A stretch of 64,000 bases of DNA from positions 32,001-96,000 of the forward strand of contig JBBQUR010000011.1 in the NCBI GenBank assembly GCA_038212275.1, read 5' to 3'. The notes beneath the pieces are model-generated. The model was not told where the DNA came from. It made no database searches and was given only the letters and a program-made list of their open reading frames with translations. This stretch comes from Planctomycetota bacterium. GTDB lineage: Bacteria > Planctomycetota > B15-G4. A program made the translations under genes and the position numbers. Shown piece after piece: positions 1 through 10,050 of the stretch (positions are counted from its first letter, which is position 1; each line of letters starts with the position of its first letter).

Positions 1-639
1 CTCGCGATCCGCACCGGTGGGCAGCTGCATGCCCGCGATGAGCGCCACCTCGAACTGCGATGCCGTGTCGTTGAACACGCGGTACTGCCCGAAGAGCGTG
101 GTGTCGCCCAGCCCGTTCACGTTGCCTTCGTCGGCCACGCCGCCGCCCTCGGCCGGTTCGCGGATGCCGTAGATGAAGACGTAGGGCAAGCGCGCGCCGA
201 GCATGAAGTCGTCGGTCACGCCATACGCCGCGCCGATGTACGGCACCAGCTCGGTGTTGGCGCTGTCCGCTTCAATGCCCTGCTCGCCGAAGCTCTCCAG
301 CTCCGCATTGCTGTAGCGGTCCACGTTGACGTACTCGACGCCGAGCGTCAGCGCGAAGAGCCCCTTGGGAAGTGTCGTGGCATTGGCCGTGTTGATCGGA
401 CCGGCGCCGGCGCCGGCCACGCCCACCGTAGGATGGTCGGCGAGCGCACACGGCGTCGCGATGAGCAGCGCCGCCAGCGCGCGCCATGCCTGGCGGGCGA
501 ATCGCGCGGCACTCCCGTGAAGCGTCACGAGTCGGCAGCAGGAGTCGGGCACGGCGCACACGCCGTGCGGAAGCGCGTCGGATGCTGCCGGCACGGTTGC
601 CGGAAGCGAAGTCTTGTCGAATTGCGGAAACGAGGTCAT
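1..639 (-). CDS. Outer-membrane beta-barrel 'transporter' family protein, N-terminal part (runs off the window)
   Basis: Manual translation: ...AWRALAALLIATPCALADHPTVGVAGAGAGPINTANATTLPKG...GLGDTTLFGQYRV...GMQLPTG. Signal peptide plus GLGD and LPTG motifs. Start uncertain (GTG 528, ATG 639 or ATG 657). Not in the ORF track. Confidence 0.65.
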   Translation of the reverse strand, partial: MTSFPQFDKTSLPATVPAASDALPHGVCAVPDSCCRLVTLHGSAARFARQAWRALAALLIATPCALADHPTVGVAGAGAGPINTANATTLPKGLFALTLGVEYVNVDRYSNAELESFGEQGIEADSANTELVPYIGAAYGVTDDFMLGARLPYVFIYGIREPAEGGGVADEGNVNGLGDTTLFGQYRVFNDTASQFEVALIAGMQLPTGADRE

Positions 640-792
640 GGAATGGGGTCCGTGCATGGCCGGGGGATGTTCCGGCCGCGGGTGCGGGATGGGGACGAGC
701 GACATCGCGACTCCGCACGTGCGGAATGCGACGAATTCTCCGTCGCCCGACGAGGGCGACCGGAGGAGGCATCCGGCGCGAGGCCGGGTCTC

Positions 793-1179
793 TCAGTCCC
801 TCAGGCGCGGCGGCGGAGGCTCGGGTGACTCCGGGTGCTCGCCCGGAGGCGCGGCCGTCGCGCGGCGTGCGGCGCGCGCGGGACGGAGTCCCGGCAGTGA
901 CATTGCCTGGTCCGAACACGTGCGCGGTGGCATGGGCGCGACGCTCAGCGAGCCGCCTTCGTGCGTTCCGCAGCGGCAGCCGTTGACGAGTTGCGGCGAA
1001 CGCTGCGCGTCGTCGCCGCAGCAGGAACCGGCCACATCGCCGGCGTCGGCGCAGCAGCAGGCGTCGGAGCCGCAGCCGGCCCCTCCCGAAAGGAGCGCGA
1101 AGAGCCCGCCGACCTCGCCGCACGGCGACGCCAGCAGAGCCAGCAGCACGCACACGATCGCGGCGGGAGAGCGACTCAT
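793..1179 (-). CDS. Small Cys-rich membrane/exported protein with C-terminal PESPEPPPPR
   Basis: ATG overlaps the RND stop (ATGA). 128 aa with hydrophobic N-terminus, CCC/CC/CRC clusters and a Pro-rich end. Confidence 0.7.
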   Translation of the reverse strand: MSRSPAAIVCVLLALLASPCGEVGGLFALLSGGAGCGSDACCCADAGDVAGSCCGDDAQRSPQLVNGCRCGTHEGGSLSVAPMPPRTCSDQAMSLPGLRPARAARRATAAPPGEHPESPEPPPPRLRD

Positions 1180-4100
1180 CTCGACACTGTGCCACCTTCG
1201 GGTCGGCGCCGGAAGGTCTCGCCGAGATCCCAGCCCAGCGACACGAGCGCGGGCACGAAGAAGAGCGTGAAGACCGTGCTCATCACGAGCCCGCCGACAA
1301 CCACGGCGGCGAGGCCCTGGTAGAGCTCGGCGCCCGCGCCGCGCCCGATGGCAAGTGGCAGCATGCCGAAGACCGTCGTGACCACGGACATGAGGATCGG
1401 GCGCAGGCGCGAACGCGCGGCCTCGGCCAGGGCGGCGCGGCGCTCGACACCGTCGGCGCGCAGGTTGTTGCTCTGGTGCACGATGAGGATGGCGTTGTTC
1501 ACCACGATGCCCGCGAGGATCACGAAGCCGAGCATCGAGAGCAGGTCGAAGCTGGCATCCGGCGACCAGGCGTGCGCCGCCGTGATGCCGTAGAGCCCGC
1601 CCGAGAGCGCGAGCGGCACCGACACCATGATCACCACCGGCGAGACCCAGCTCCGGAAGAGCGCGACGAGCAGCAGATAGGTGATGAGCAGCGCCAGCCA
1701 GAAGCTGTCGGTGAGCGCGGCCAGCGTGCTGCTGAATTTGTCGGCCGAGCCGCCCAGCGTCACGGACTCGTCCGCGGACATGCCGGCCAGCGCCGGCGGG
1801 ATGGCGCGCGTCGTCACGTCGTCGAGCACCGCCTGCAGCACTGCGTCGGGCCGCAGGTTGACGGTGAGCGTGATCGCGCGCTCGCGCTCGAGCCGGTTGA
1901 CCGAGACCGGGCCCGTTCCCGACTCCATGCTGGACACTGCGCCCAGCGTGGTGCGCCCGCCGCTCATCGTGACGAGCGGCAGCGAGCGCAGGTCGTTCGC
2001 GCTGTTCACGCGCTCCTGCGGCACGACGAGATTGATGTCGTGGTCGCGCGCGCCGTCGCTGAAAGTGCCCACGCGCCGGCCGGCGAGCGCCGTCTCCACC
2101 ACGCGCCCGACTTCCTGCACGGTGAGGCCCGCCTCGCCGGCGAGATGCCCGTCGGCGTGCACGGTCAGCTCGGGCCGGCCCTCGACGTAGTCGCTCGTCA
2201 CGCCGTTGGGCTGCACCGAGGACCACGTGGAGATCTCGGCGCGCAGTTTCTGCGCGGTCGCCGCGAGCTGACCCAGGTCGGGGCCGGTGATCTGCACCGT
2301 GAACTGCTTGCCGCTCTCGCGGAACAGGCTGCTGCGCACGGCGATGAGCGCGCGGAAACCCGGCACCGACATGCACACGGGAAAGAGCTTGGCCTGGTAG
2401 GCGTCGAGGCCGGGGCCGTCGGCATACTGGTCCTTCAGGATGACGCCGCCGCCCTGGAACTCGCCGGCGAGCACCAGGAAGTAGCGCTCGCTCTCCGGTT
2501 GATCCATGAGCCAGCGCTCGAGCGGCGCGGCCTGCTCGGCCAGCACCTCGTTGCGCATGCCGGGCACCGGCTGTCCGAAGAAGAAGATGAGATTGCTGTT
2601 GCCCGCGGGCAGGTAGCCCGCCTTGGGCACGATGAAGACCGCGCTCACCGAGACGATGACGACGGCGCCCACGAGCAGCAGCTTGGCGAGCACGGCCTGC
2701 CGGCCGGGCGCCGCCAGGCGTCCGACGGCGCGCCCGTACCAGCGCGTGAACGCTCCCGGCGGCCGCTCGTCGGCGACGACGACAGCGCCCGTCGTGCCGC
2801 CTGCCCGCGCGCCGGTCGCGGCGTCCTTCGCGGTGCGGCGCCGGTAGAAGATCGCGGAGAGGCAGGGCACCACGGTGAGCGACACGACGAGCGAGAGCCC
2901 GACGGCCGCGGCGATCGCCAGCGCGAGGTCCTCGAAGAGCTGCCCCGCCTCCTCCTTGATGCCGAGGATCGGGATGAACACGACCATCGTGGTGAGCGTG
3001 GAGGCGAGCACGCCGCCCCACACCTCGCGCCCGCCGTCGATGGCCGCGTCGCGCGCGCTCTTGCCCATCTCCAGGTGGCGGAAGGTGTTCTCCAGCACGA
3101 CGATCGCGTTGTCGACGACCATGCCCGCCGCGAAGGCGAGGCCCGCAAGACTCACCACGTTGAGCGTGCGGCCCGCCGCGTCCATCACCAGGAACACGGT
3201 GAGCAGCGAGATCGGAATCGACAGCGTGATGATGGCCACGCTGCGGATGCTGCGCAGGAAGAACATCAGCACGACCACCGCGAGCGCCGAGCCGTACCAG
3301 AGGTTGCTCCACACGAAGTCGAGCGCCTGATGCAGGTAGGTCGTGTCGCGGTAGACGGCGTTCAGCTGGAGGTCCAGGCCCTGCTGGTGGAAGCGCGCGT
3401 TGAGCGCGTCCAGCTCCTGGTCCACGCCGGCGATGAGGCGCACCACGTTGGCGTCGGGCTCGCTGCGCACGCCGATGGCCACGATGTCCTGCCCGCCGCT
3501 GTGCACCACCGAGCTGAGTTCGCGGTAGCCGTCCACGACGGTGGCCACGTCGCCGACGCGCACGGTGCCGCGCTCGTCGCGCCGCACGATGATGTCCGCG
3601 AGCGTCTGCGGATCCGAACTGCGCCCCTCGGTGCGCACGACGATCTGCCGCGTCTCGGTCTCCACGGTGCCGCCGCGCAGGTCCACCGCGCCGGAGCGCA
3701 GCGCCGACTCCAGCGCGTCCCACGTCACGGCGCGCGACGCGAGGCGCTCGGGGTCGACGAGCACGCGGATCTCGCGCTCCTCGCCGCCCACGACGAGCAG
3801 GCTGGCGACGCCGGGCACGCGCTGCAGGCGCGGCTCCACGAGGTCCGCCACGATCTGCCGCGTGCGATTGCTGCCGTAGGGGCCCTCGGTCGCGATCCAC
3901 ATGACCGCGTTGCCGCCCTGCTGCCCGGTGAGCGACACGACCGGCTTCTCCGCGTCCGGCGGCAGGCCCGTCAGCTCCGAGAGCTTGTTGATGACGTCGA
4001 CGACCGCGCGGTCCTTGGTCACGCCCCACGCGTATTCGAGCGTCACGGTCGAGCGGCCCTCGACGGAGGCGCTCGTGAGCTTGTCGAGGCCGTCCACGCT

Positions 4101-4316
4101 CTGCAGCAGGTCCTCGATCGCGCGCGTGACCTGCTCTTCCACTTCCTCGGGACTCGCGCCGCGGTACACGGTGTCCACCGTGATGATCGGGCTGTCCACC
4201 GACGGCTTGAGCTGCACCGGGATGCGCTGGTAGGCGAGCACGCTGAAGATCAGCGCGAGAATCACCGCCACCGCGACGGTGTAGGGGCGGTCGACGGCAA
4301 AACGGACCGGATCCAC
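1176..4316 (-). CDS. RND efflux transporter permease (AcrB/AcrD/AcrF family)
   Basis: About 1046 aa; GASPEEVE, GMVVDNAIVVLEN, GIVVNNAIL and RLRPILM motifs; GTG start just after the adaptor stop. Confidence 0.95.
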   Translation of the reverse strand: MDPVRFAVDRPYTVAVAVILALIFSVLAYQRIPVQLKPSVDSPIITVDTVYRGASPEEVEEQVTRAIEDLLQSVDGLDKLTSASVEGRSTVTLEYAWGVTKDRAVVDVINKLSELTGLPPDAEKPVVSLTGQQGGNAVMWIATEGPYGSNRTRQIVADLVEPRLQRVPGVASLLVVGGEEREIRVLVDPERLASRAVTWDALESALRSGAVDLRGGTVETETRQIVVRTEGRSSDPQTLADIIVRRDERGTVRVGDVATVVDGYRELSSVVHSGGQDIVAIGVRSEPDANVVRLIAGVDQELDALNARFHQQGLDLQLNAVYRDTTYLHQALDFVWSNLWYGSALAVVVLMFFLRSIRSVAIITLSIPISLLTVFLVMDAAGRTLNVVSLAGLAFAAGMVVDNAIVVLENTFRHLEMGKSARDAAIDGGREVWGGVLASTLTTMVVFIPILGIKEEAGQLFEDLALAIAAAVGLSLVVSLTVVPCLSAIFYRRRTAKDAATGARAGGTTGAVVVADERPPGAFTRWYGRAVGRLAAPGRQAVLAKLLLVGAVVIVSVSAVFIVPKAGYLPAGNSNLIFFFGQPVPGMRNEVLAEQAAPLERWLMDQPESERYFLVLAGEFQGGGVILKDQYADGPGLDAYQAKLFPVCMSVPGFRALIAVRSSLFRESGKQFTVQITGPDLGQLAATAQKLRAEISTWSSVQPNGVTSDYVEGRPELTVHADGHLAGEAGLTVQEVGRVVETALAGRRVGTFSDGARDHDINLVVPQERVNSANDLRSLPLVTMSGGRTTLGAVSSMESGTGPVSVNRLERERAITLTVNLRPDAVLQAVLDDVTTRAIPPALAGMSADESVTLGGSADKFSSTLAALTDSFWLALLITYLLLVALFRSWVSPVVIMVSVPLALSGGLYGITAAHAWSPDASFDLLSMLGFVILAGIVVNNAILIVHQSNNLRADGVERRAALAEAARSRLRPILMSVVTTVFGMLPLAIGRGAGAELYQGLAAVVVGGLVMSTVFTLFFVPALVSLGWDLGETFRRRPEGGTVSR

Positions 4317-4317
4317 C

Positions 4318-5652
4318 TCAGCGGCCCGACGCGCCCGCGGCGGCGGCGGCAGACTCGCTCTCACCGGCCTGTGCCGAGGTGGCCTGTGCCGGCGCGAGCG
4401 GCGCGCCCGGGAAGACATTCTCGGCGCCGATGACGACGACCATGTCGCCGCTGCGCAGCGCACCCGGCTCGGCGCTCTCGATGGCGCTGCGCACGCCGTC
4501 GCTGGCCAGCACGCGCACCGGGACGATGCGGCCCGTCGGCGAGGGCGGCGGCGCGCCAGCCGGGGAGTTGCCCGCGGCGGCCGCGTCGGTGGCGGTCTTC
4601 GGCGGATCCATCACCGCGATGAAATGGCCGTGCTCGCCGAGCAACACGGAATCGGTGGGCACCACCGTCTCGCTCCGGGCGTGGCGGCGCTCCATGCGCG
4701 CGCGCACGAAAAGCCCGGGCATCAGGCGGCCGCCGTCGGCCTCCGGCTCGAGGCGCACCACGCCCTTGAAGGTGCGCGCGGCCGGGTTGGCGGCGGGCAG
4801 CAGTTCGTCCAGCACGGCGGTGACCTGCACGTCGGGGAGGTCGTCGCTGCGCAGCTGCACCACGGCGCCGGACTTCAGGTCCGCAGCCATGACGGCCGGG
4901 ATCTCCAGCCACACCTCGCGGCGCGCAAGGTCCACCAGCGTGAACGCCGGCGCGCCGGTCTGTGCGTAACTGCCGTCGGTGACGTCGCGCGCGACGATGG
5001 TGCCGTCGAAGGGCGCGCGCAGCTCGCACTGGGCAAGCAGCTCCTTGAAGCGGCCCACGTCCGCTTCGAACTGCACCGTGCGTGCGCGGGCCACGGCCGC
5101 GACGGAATCACGACGGCCGGTCTCGCTGGCGGAGAGCAGGTTGGCCCCCGCCGCGGCGCCGCGCTGCGCTTCGCTGACGGCATAGGCCTCATCGGCCTGC
5201 GCCGCGAGCAGTGCCGCCTCCGCCAGGGCCATCTCCTGCTTCGGCACCGCCTGGTCGAGGCCAGCCAGCACGGCTCCCTCGGCCACGACGTCGCCGAGGT
5301 CTGCGCGCACCTCGGTCACCCGGCCCGGGCGCTCGAAGGCCAGCACGGCCCAGCGCCGCGACACGACGTCGCCCACGATCTCGATGCTCTCGGAGACGTC
5401 ACCGGGCTCCGCGCGCACGGCCGTGACCGGGATGCGGAACACGAAACCGCCACCCCCGCCGCCGGCGGCCGGTGCGTCGGAGCAGCCGGCGAGCAGCGCG
5501 CCGGCGGCGGCACACGCCAGCACGGCATGCGCCAAGGCGCGCCGCACCGACTCGACGGGCGCGCGGGCGCGCCGCACCGGCACGACGAGCGCGCGGACGC
5601 GCCGCTGCGGGGATACGCGGTTCGAGATCGGGAACGTGTCTTTTGGAATCAT
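4318..5652 (-). CDS. RND periplasmic adaptor (membrane fusion protein), probable lipoprotein
   Basis: LLAGC lipobox, LRAPFDGTIV, LMPGLFVRA; directly upstream of the RND gene. Start uncertain. Confidence 0.9.
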   Translation of the reverse strand: MIPKDTFPISNRVSPQRRVRALVVPVRRARAPVESVRRALAHAVLACAAAGALLAGCSDAPAAGGGGGGFVFRIPVTAVRAEPGDVSESIEIVGDVVSRRWAVLAFERPGRVTEVRADLGDVVAEGAVLAGLDQAVPKQEMALAEAALLAAQADEAYAVSEAQRGAAAGANLLSASETGRRDSVAAVARARTVQFEADVGRFKELLAQCELRAPFDGTIVARDVTDGSYAQTGAPAFTLVDLARREVWLEIPAVMAADLKSGAVVQLRSDDLPDVQVTAVLDELLPAANPAARTFKGVVRLEPEADGGRLMPGLFVRARMERRHARSETVVPTDSVLLGEHGHFIAVMDPPKTATDAAAAGNSPAGAPPPSPTGRIVPVRVLASDGVRSAIESAEPGALRSGDMVVVIGAENVFPGAPLAPAQATSAQAGESESAAAAAGASGR

Positions 5653-5676
5653 GCGCAACAGGCCTCGGGCCATAGC

Positions 5677-6645
5677 ATGTCAGCCTTCCAGATGGCGCTG
5701 CAATCCCTCTTCAACGACGAAGCATTGGAAACCGCGGCGCGGCACGATAGCGCGTCCCGCTTCCGCTGGCTCGCGCTCGGTGACGACCCCGAGGCCGTCG
5801 CGCTGCGGGCCGGACTGGAGCGCGGCTTCGCGCTGGCAGGCGACAGCGCCGACGTGCTGCGCAAGGGACTCATGCACGAGCGCTGGGGTCAGCACGCCGG
5901 CGCGCTGGCGCACCTGCTCGCACTGGGCATGCTGGCGCGGCAGGGCTGGGCCGTCGCATCGGAGCCGCACCTCGGCGGACAGGCGCCGGACATTCTCGCG
6001 ACGCGCGCCGACGGTGGACGTAGCGACGGCGCGCGCATGCTCGTCGAGGTGCGCTCGATCACCGGCGCGGGGAACTTCCCGTGGGAGGTGCGGCGCGCGC
6101 CGCGCAGCCCGGGCCGCGCGACGCCGGCGCAGCGCGAGGCCGAGGCGCGAGCGGCCGCGCAGGCCGCCGACGCGCTGGTGGAAGCCGTCGACGGCGTGCT
6201 GGAGCGCAAGGCCGAGCGCTACGCGACGCTCGTGCAGCAGCTCGCACTCCCGTTCGTGATCTGCCTTTATGAAGACAAGGACGACCAGATCGCGCCGGCC
6301 GCCGCGCGCGTCGTCTTCGGGCGTGACGGCGCGTTGGATGGCGGCGCATTCGCGGGGCGCTTTGGCGGGCGACCGGGCGGCTCACTCGGCAGCTCGTCCG
6401 TCGGGGTAGCCGGCAGCCCGTCCGGAGGCGCGGGCGACGGCCTGGCCGACGTGTCCGCTGTGCTGGTCTTCGGCCGCCTCGACACCAACGACGGCGCGCT
6501 GCTCCTGCGCGGCAGCGTGCTGCCGAACCCCGCCGCTCGCCGGCCGCTGCTGGAGGATGCGTTCCCGCTGCTGGCGGGGATGCGCGCGGTGCGCGGCCGC
6601 ATGGTGTTCGCCGCGCCCGCGCAACCCTTCGCGCTCACGGACTGA
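5677..6645 (+). CDS. Hypothetical protein, possible PD-(D/E)XK nuclease fold
   Basis: C-terminal half of ORF 4624..6645; EP-x5-PD...LVEVRS motif pattern. Confidence 0.6.
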   Translation: MSAFQMALQSLFNDEALETAARHDSASRFRWLALGDDPEAVALRAGLERGFALAGDSADVLRKGLMHERWGQHAGALAHLLALGMLARQGWAVASEPHLGGQAPDILATRADGGRSDGARMLVEVRSITGAGNFPWEVRRAPRSPGRATPAQREAEARAAAQAADALVEAVDGVLERKAERYATLVQQLALPFVICLYEDKDDQIAPAAARVVFGRDGALDGGAFAGRFGGRPGGSLGSSSVGVAGSPSGGAGDGLADVSAVLVFGRLDTNDGALLLRGSVLPNPAARRPLLEDAFPLLAGMRAVRGRMVFAAPAQPFALTD

Positions 6646-6662
6646 AGCCGTCCCGGCTCGGC

Positions 6663-9155
6663 TCAGGGTGTCGTCGCGGTGATCGCGTTGCTGGCCGAGA
6701 AACCGGAGGGCCCCGCGGGATCGATGACCCACTCCTGCATCCAGAGCGTGGCGCCGGACGGCAGGCCCGCCGGCCCGATGAGGGTGAGCTTCTGCGCGCC
6801 GGCGCCGTCGATGGGCAGGCCGGCGATGAGCAGGTCGGGCGCGGGGACCAGCGTGCCGCCCTTGAACGGCGCGTGGATCGCCGAGACACCGACCAGGAGC
6901 GCCGCGCTGCTGCCCGGCTTCGCGTTCGTGAGCGCGAGCGCGAGCACGTCGCCGGCGATGAGCGTGCCCTTGCCGACGAATTGCGGGACGCCGCTCACAC
7001 CTGCCAGGCCGAAGCCGAGGTCGGCCCAGGGTTCCGGGAGCAGGTCGAGGTCGAAGGCATAGGCCGCGCCGGAGCCGGGAATGTCGTTGTTGGCCCCGTT
7101 GCCGTTCACGCCAGTCGCGTTGCTGTCCTCGCTGTACGCGGAACTCGCGACGACGTCGCCGGAGATGGCGACGCCGATGCCGAAGTTGTCGAGCGAGCCG
7201 GTGTTCGAGGCCTTGAGGTAGGCCTGCTGGCTCCACGTGGTGCCGTTGCGCACGAAGACGTAGGCCGCGCCGGCATCGCCGGCCGCGTCGTCCGAGGCGC
7301 CGTTCACGCCGGTGGCGCCGCCATCTTCGGTCCACGCGCCCACCACGATCGCGTTGCCGGAGACGGCCACCGCGTTGCCGAAGGCGTCGCCATCGCCGGT
7401 GTTGGAGGCCTTGAGGTAGGCCTGCTGACTCCACGTCGCGCCGTTGCGCACGTAGACGTAGGCGGCGCCGGAGTTGACCGCGCCATTGTTGTCGTCGTCG
7501 CCATCCACGCCGGTGGCGTTGCTGTCTTCATTGGGCGCGCCGACGACGACCGTGTCGCCGGAGACGGACACGGACTGTCCGAAGTCCTCGAAGTTGCTCT
7601 GGACCGCGGAGGGTTTGAGGTAGGCCTGCTGCGTCCACGTGGTGCCGCTGCGCGCGAACACCCACGCCGCGCCGACGCGGTTCAGGCTGTCGTCGTTCTC
7701 GTCGCCATTCACGCCGGTGGCGTTGCTGTCCTCGCCGGTGCCGCCCACGGCGATCGTGTCACCCGAGATGGCCACCGACTGGCCGAAGAAGTCGTCCACG
7801 TCCGACGTGGAAGCCTTGAGGTAGGCCTGCTGTGTCCACGTCGTACCGCTGCGCACGAACACGTAGGCGGCGCCGGAGCCGGAGAGACTGTTGCTGAGCT
7901 GGTTGCCGTTCACGCCCGTGGCGTTGCTCGCCTCCTTGTAGGCGCCGACGACGATGCCGTCGCCCGCGATGGCGACGGAGATCCCGAACCAGTCGTTCGC
8001 GCCGGTGTTCGAGGCTTTGAGATACGCCTGCTGGCTCCACGTGGTGCCGTTGCGCACGAAGACGTAGGCCGCGCCGGAGGACAAGGCGGAGTTGTCGGCC
8101 TGGCTGCCGTTCACGCCGACGGCGCTGCTGTCCTCGAGCCACGCGCCCACGACGATGGTGTCGCCAGAGATCGCGACCGCGCGGCCGAACTGGTCGAGCG
8201 CACCGGTGTTCGAGGCCTTGAGATAGGCCTGTTGGCTCCACGTGCCGCCGGTGCGCACGAACACGTACGCCGCGCCGGCGTTCTGCAGGCTGTTGTTCGC
8301 CTGGTCACCGTTCACGCCGGTGGCGTTGCTGAACTCCAGCTCCGCGCCGACGACCACCGTGTCGTCCGAGACGGCGATCACGCGCCCGAACTCGTCGAAG
8401 GAGCCGGGGTTCGAGGCCTTGAGATACGCCTGCTGCGCGATGGGATCGACGGTGAGCGGGTAGCGTGCGCCGTCCTCCTCCACGCAGAGGTGCAGCAGGT
8501 CGCCCGTGCGCTCGATGCGCGCGGCGAGTTCGCGACCGTCGGCATCGAAGGCCGTCAGGCCGCTGTAGGTGAGCGCGACGGCGCCGGTCCCGTCGAGGAA
8601 GTGCACGCCGCGGCCGTCGCCGTCCACGTCGGGGGCCAGCGTGCCGTCCACGGCCAACGTCAGCGTGAGCGGGCCGCGCTGCGCCTCGCCGCACGGCGGG
8701 CGCTGCAGCACGGTGAAGCCGTGCTCGAGGCCGCGCGCATCGTTGAGGTACCACTCCTGCAGCGTGGCGTCCCAGTTCCGGGCCATGCGTGCACCGTCGG
8801 TGGCGAGGCTCGCCGGCTCGACGACGAGGCTCTCGTTGCCAGCGAAGCCGTAGCTCCTGAGTTGCAGGCCCCACGTCCAGCCGCCGGCAGCGGGCACGGT
8901 GCTCGCACCGTGATCATCGATGCGCGTGTGCCAGCCCTGCCCGGGATTGTGGAGCAGGTAGCCGCCGTCCACCGGTTGCGCCGCGTGCCGGGCGGCCTCA
9001 TGCGCGGCACGGATGCCGGACCAGTCGGCGGCGCTGAACCCGCCACGGGCCGGGTCGGCCAACGGGCCGGTGGATGGGACGACCAACTGACCAGATGCCG
9101 GGGTGAGCAGGAGCAGCGTGCCGAGAGCGACGACCGGCCAGCGGGAGTGAATCAT
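6663..9155 (-). CDS. Secreted FG-GAP/integrin-alpha beta-propeller protein with 121-aa PFKGG C-terminal domain
   Basis: Signal peptide; repeated QQAYLKASN..D.FG..VA.SGD.VVGA..EDS units; conserved tail at 6663-7028. Confidence 0.92.
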   Translation of the reverse strand: MIHSRWPVVALGTLLLLTPASGQLVVPSTGPLADPARGGFSAADWSGIRAAHEAARHAAQPVDGGYLLHNPGQGWHTRIDDHGASTVPAAGGWTWGLQLRSYGFAGNESLVVEPASLATDGARMARNWDATLQEWYLNDARGLEHGFTVLQRPPCGEAQRGPLTLTLAVDGTLAPDVDGDGRGVHFLDGTGAVALTYSGLTAFDADGRELAARIERTGDLLHLCVEEDGARYPLTVDPIAQQAYLKASNPGSFDEFGRVIAVSDDTVVVGAELEFSNATGVNGDQANNSLQNAGAAYVFVRTGGTWSQQAYLKASNTGALDQFGRAVAISGDTIVVGAWLEDSSAVGVNGSQADNSALSSGAAYVFVRNGTTWSQQAYLKASNTGANDWFGISVAIAGDGIVVGAYKEASNATGVNGNQLSNSLSGSGAAYVFVRSGTTWTQQAYLKASTSDVDDFFGQSVAISGDTIAVGGTGEDSNATGVNGDENDDSLNRVGAAWVFARSGTTWTQQAYLKPSAVQSNFEDFGQSVSVSGDTVVVGAPNEDSNATGVDGDDDNNGAVNSGAAYVYVRNGATWSQQAYLKASNTGDGDAFGNAVAVSGNAIVVGAWTEDGGATGVNGASDDAAGDAGAAYVFVRNGTTWSQQAYLKASNTGSLDNFGIGVAISGDVVASSAYSEDSNATGVNGNGANNDIPGSGAAYAFDLDLLPEPWADLGFGLAGVSGVPQFVGKGTLIAGDVLALALTNAKPGSSAALLVGVSAIHAPFKGGTLVPAPDLLIAGLPIDGAGAQKLTLIGPAGLPSGATLWMQEWVIDPAGPSGFSASNAITATTP

Positions 9156-9237
9156 GGGTGCATCCTGGGGGGCGCGGCGAAGCCTAGGGCACGGTTCGGC
9201 TTCTGTCTACTCGCGTGCTCGATGCGGTGCGCTCGTG

Positions 9238-9306
9238 CGCAAGGCCGAGCGCAAGGCCGAGCGCAAGGCCGAGCGCTACGCGATGCTCGTGCAGCTGCTC
9301 GCGCTC
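9238..9306 (+). repeat. Displaced copy of about 6204-6250 with a 12-bp unit (cgcaaggccgag) triplicated
   Basis: cgcaaggccgagcgctacgcgatgctcgtgcagctgctcgcgctc versus cgcaaggccgagcgctacgcgacgctcgtgcagcagctcgcactc inside the 5677-6645 gene. Confidence 0.85.
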
Positions 9307-9336
9307 GGGGACTCACGCGACGCCGGGCCTTTTGCG

Positions 9337-9789
9337 CTACGGCGAGATTCCCTGCACGGCGTTCGACAGCGCGATGCCGGCGGGCGCCGCGTCATCGGGC
9401 AGCGGAGAGGGCACACCGTTGCCGGGCGCGAGGTCACCGACGACCGGGTTGGAGATGTCGTGGCAGGTGCCGCACAGTTCCGATTGGCGGTGCAGCTTGC
9501 TCTGGATGGTCGAGTGGAAGGCTGGCGGATCGAGATAGGGCCCGAGCAGCTCCGAGCCGTTCCAGAGCACGTACTCGCCGCAGCCGACGAAGCCCTTGGC
9601 CGGGTTGCCGCCGTCGTTGGCGATGTAGGGCGGGTACTGGGTCCCGAGGATCTCGGACTGGTCCGGGTTGGTGATCCGATGGCAGGCGATGCACACCACG
9701 CCGTCACCGTCGATGATCGTGTCGGCCGCAGCCCGCGCGGCGCCGAGCGCCGTCGCCGCAGCGAACATCACGCACGTCAGGAGCTTCAT
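9337..9789 (-). CDS. Exported c-type cytochrome with two CxxCH motifs, possibly a truncated multiheme remnant
   Basis: Signal peptide, CIACH and CGTCH; 150 aa. Confidence 0.7.
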   Translation of the reverse strand: MKLLTCVMFAAATALGAARAAADTIIDGDGVVCIACHRITNPDQSEILGTQYPPYIANDGGNPAKGFVGCGEYVLWNGSELLGPYLDPPAFHSTIQSKLHRQSELCGTCHDISNPVVGDLAPGNGVPSPLPDDAAPAGIALSNAVQGISP

Positions 9790-10050
9790 CCCGGGTCTCT
9801 CCGGAAACTGTTTGGCCCTGCAAACGACGCGACGCGCTGCAACCGTTTCCTGCGGGACAGCGGCAGCGTGCCGACGGGTGGGAATCCTACCGCGCTCGGC
9901 GAGTCTCGGGGACCGCCGACGCGCAGGAGCTGATCATGCCCCGGTCAGGTGGACACCCGCAGAGGAGCCGACGCTGCTCCGAGAAGTCGCCGCGCCCATG
10001 ACGACGCGCCGGTCAGTGCAGAGCGTGCCCGCCGAGTTCCCGAGCAGCAC

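Noticed and set aside
1476..4433. Very long ORFs antisense to or frame-shifted over real genes (also 6873..9674, 16319..19237, 38667..40199 and others)
   Set aside because: Shadow ORFs expected at this GC content; Arg/Ala/His-rich with no family motifs, and they overlap well-supported genes.
7100..8430. Long DNA repeats as a mobile or diversity-generating element
   Set aside because: They are coding FG-GAP propeller blades, and no reverse transcriptase or recombinase is in the window.
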